64,000 nucleotides of DNA from the NCBI RefSeq assembly GCF_039654945.1, contig NW_027361807.1, forward strand, positions 6,386,001 to 6,450,000, read 5' to 3'. Position 1 is the first letter of the stretch; each line of letters begins with the position of its first letter. The translations under genes were made by a program, and so were the position numbers. Below are positions 63,055 through 64,000 of the stretch, piece by piece. The notes under the pieces were generated by a model. The model had not been told where the DNA came from, searched no databases, and was given only the letters and a program-made list of their open reading frames with translations. This stretch comes from Dendrobates tinctorius. Its lineage: Eukaryota.

Positions 63055-63740
63055 GTAGCAGGAGGATCAGGAGGCAGTCAGCACCCATACTTCTCAGTAA
63101 CCAGTACCAGGCTCTTACACAGGAGAGCGATGAAGAAATACATCAGGATAAGACTTTGCCCACAAACAGCAACCTTGTACGCCTTCAGAGTCCTCCTGGA
63201 TGGAGAAAGAAAAATGTTGTGAAGAAGAAACGGAGAGTGGTGGTCATGGGGGATTCCCTGTTGAGAGGAACAGAGGCCGCTATCTGCAGACCGGATATAA
63301 CTTCAAGAGAAATGTGCTGTCTTCCAGGTGCAAAAATTAAAGATGTGACTGACAGGATATCAGGACTCTTCAGACCTACAGATGACTACCCATTCCTGCT
63401 ACTACATGTGGGGACAAATGACACTGCAAGAAACGACCTGGAAACCATCTGCAGAGACTTTGAAGACTTAGGCAAGAAAGTGAAAGAACTGGGAGCGCAG
63501 GTGGTCTTCTCTTCCATCCTCCCAGTGGATGGCCATGGAACAAGGAGATGGAATAAGATTCTGCAGGTGAACAACTGGCTACGTCGATGGTGCCGTCAGC
63601 AACAATTTGGATTTATGGATCACGGAGTGAATTACTTTTATGATGGACTACTTGCTAGAGATGGGGTGCACCTTACGAAGACTGGAAAACATGTATTTGG
63701 AAGTCGCCTTGCTACACTTGTAAGGAGAGCTTTAAACTAG
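63055..63740 (+). CDS. CR1 LINE ORF1 C-terminal part, SGNH/GDSL esterase domain (5' boundary approximate)
   Basis: LLSNQYQAL upstream in frame; VVVMGDSLLRG, CCLPGAKI, LHVGTND, DGVHL, ending RRALN*. Confidence 0.92.
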
Positions 63741-64000
63741 AACAACATGGGAAGGGAAGCAAAAGACCAGAAAAAGCCATACATCTGAAAAATGCTATTG
63801 AGAACTCTGCTATTAGAAGTGGAAAGGAAGAACAAAGACAAAACAATCTAAATAATAAAAATATTGGAGAAAGAGAAACCAATCACAAACTAAAATGTTT
63901 CTATACTAATGCACAAAGCATGGGCAACAAACAAGGAGAATTGGAACTACTAACACAGGAAAAGAAATATGATGTCATTGGAATCACTGAAACTTGGAGG
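63737..64000 (+). CDS. CR1 LINE ORF2 N-terminus (APE-like endonuclease), runs off the window
   Basis: In the -1 frame relative to ORF1: LKCFYTNAQSMGNKQGELELLTQEKKYDVIGITETW. Confidence 0.9.

Noticed and set aside
48505-64000. Further UNC5 exons
   Set aside because: No VSRQQVE/YWCQCVAW-type exon was recognised. Exon 3 is probably beyond the window, though a short exon could have been missed by eye.

Overview
Repeat-dense vertebrate genomic DNA, most likely an anuran (frog); this is inferred from the mix of TTAA-flanked T2/Kolobok-type MITEs, Harbinger MITEs, Penelope-like elements and DD35E Tc1. The only host-gene sequence found is one 252-nt internal coding exon of a netrin receptor (UNC5 family, best fit unc5a exon 2, + strand, 48253-48504), so the rest is probably intronic. 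Highlights: (1) an apparently intact 5.4-kb autonomous PIF/Harbinger transposon with a 2-exon DDE transposase, a 7-exon MADF/BESS-like partner gene and a long hairpin between them, sitting in a four-level nest (hAT > Tc1 DD35E > Harbinger > hAT MITE); (2) a CR1 LINE whose ORF1/ORF2 junction is an in-phase U_UUA_AAC slippery heptamer, with no usable ORF2 ATG, suggesting -1 ribosomal frameshifting; (3) a Penelope-like element with ~1.1-kb inverted arms, two minimal hammerhead ribozymes, a 14-bp TSD and a 22-bp micro-inversion; (4) a Gag-protease-only Gypsy element with a tRNA-Leu PBS; (5) an LTR family (5 loci) with a conserved second PBS-like motif inside the LTR; (6) a decayed DD41D (rosa/Visitor) element, a non-autonomous Helitron, solo LTRs, many MITEs and a 2.5-kb 55-bp minisatellite. 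All coordinates and splice models were read by eye and no database searches were run.
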